NCBI GenBank assembly: GCA_000004695.1
Contig: CM000153.2
Span: 4,896,001-4,960,000, forward strand
Origin: Dictyostelium discoideum
Taxonomy: Eukaryota
Reading direction: 5' to 3'
DNA length: 64,000 nt
In this document: in pieces, positions 63,344-64,000 of the stretch
Layout of the letters: the number at the start of each line of letters is the position of its first letter
Numbering within the stretch: the first letter of the stretch is position 1
Program-made: the position numbers and the translations under genes
Notes under the pieces: generated by a model
What the model saw: only the letters and a program-made list of their open reading frames with translations
Told to the model about the DNA's origin: nothing
Database searches by the model: none

Positions 63344-64000
63344 ATAAAATTGAATCCATATTGTGATTTCAAAAAAAAAAAATAAAAAAAAAAAAAAATA
63401 AAATGAAAAATAAAAAAGATTTTTTTTTATTTTTTTTTTTTTTATTTTTTTTTTATTTATTTTTCGAAAGCCCAAAGTAAAACAACCTCTTAAAAAATAC
63501 TATAAAAAAAAATAAACAATATATTTATTTATTGTTTTTTTTAAACTTTAATACACTTAATTTTTAAGAAAAAAAAAACTTAGAAATAACACTTATATAA
63601 ATATTGATACTATTTTTAGCAATCAAATTTATTTAATTTTTTTTTAATTTTTTTTAATTTTTTTTTTTTTCGTGTGCTTCAAAACCACCATTGTTTTGTT
63701 TACAATCCAATAGAATTTTGAAAATCAAATTAAAAATAAAAAAAAAAATAGATCCACTTAAAAATATACAAATTTTAAAATTGAGAAAAAATAAAGAAAG
63801 GAGATTTTCAAGATTCTATCAAAATAGATTTATAAAAAAGGTAATTCTAAAACTGATTTATTAATTTTTTTTTTCAACATGTTGTTGGTGTTTTTCTGTT
63901 ATTAAATTTATTTTTAGAGTACTCAGCTAGTCATACTAAAATTGAGAAAAAAAAAAAAATAATAATAATAAAAATAATAAAAATAATAAAAATAATAAAA

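Overview
This window looks like nuclear DNA of a dictyostelid social amoeba (Dictyostelium discoideum-like), not a prokaryote. It is extremely AT-rich, carries very long A/T homopolymers, has (AAT)n and (CAA)n runs that encode poly-Asn and poly-Gln, and has short AT-rich introns with GTAAGT...(T)nAG boundaries. The six-frame track admits non-ATG starts and ignores splicing, so I re-derived the gene models by hand translation on both strands.

I can support about 30 protein-coding genes, most with one or two introns, listed here in window order:
- a partial VPS13/chorein gene
- a ChaC-like gamma-glutamylcyclotransferase
- a TALE homeobox gene
- a TRAF7-like RING/TRAF-zinc-finger/WD40 gene
- an FNIP-repeat gene
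- a cytochrome P450
- an intronless, bacterial-type IucA/IucC (NIS siderophore synthetase) gene
- an AT-hook protein
- an H2A.Z-like histone whose first coding exon is only the ATG
- an MFS transporter with a His-rich N-terminal extension
- eIF5
- a monofunctional DHFR
- a KRTCAP2 (OST subunit) homologue
- an Oxidored-like plus FNR-like reductase with no usable ATG
- BCS1
- a large RhoGAP-like plus RasGEF protein
- a 3beta-HSD/epimerase-family SDR
- several low-complexity hypotheticals

Other content is a degraded quinone-oxidoreductase-like pseudogene, a partial tandem copy of a gene's 5' end, a 100-N assembly gap flanked by low-quality sequence, and several microsatellites. I found no rRNA, tRNA, CRISPR or recognisable transposon. 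Coordinates of splice sites were worked out by hand and may be off by a few bases.
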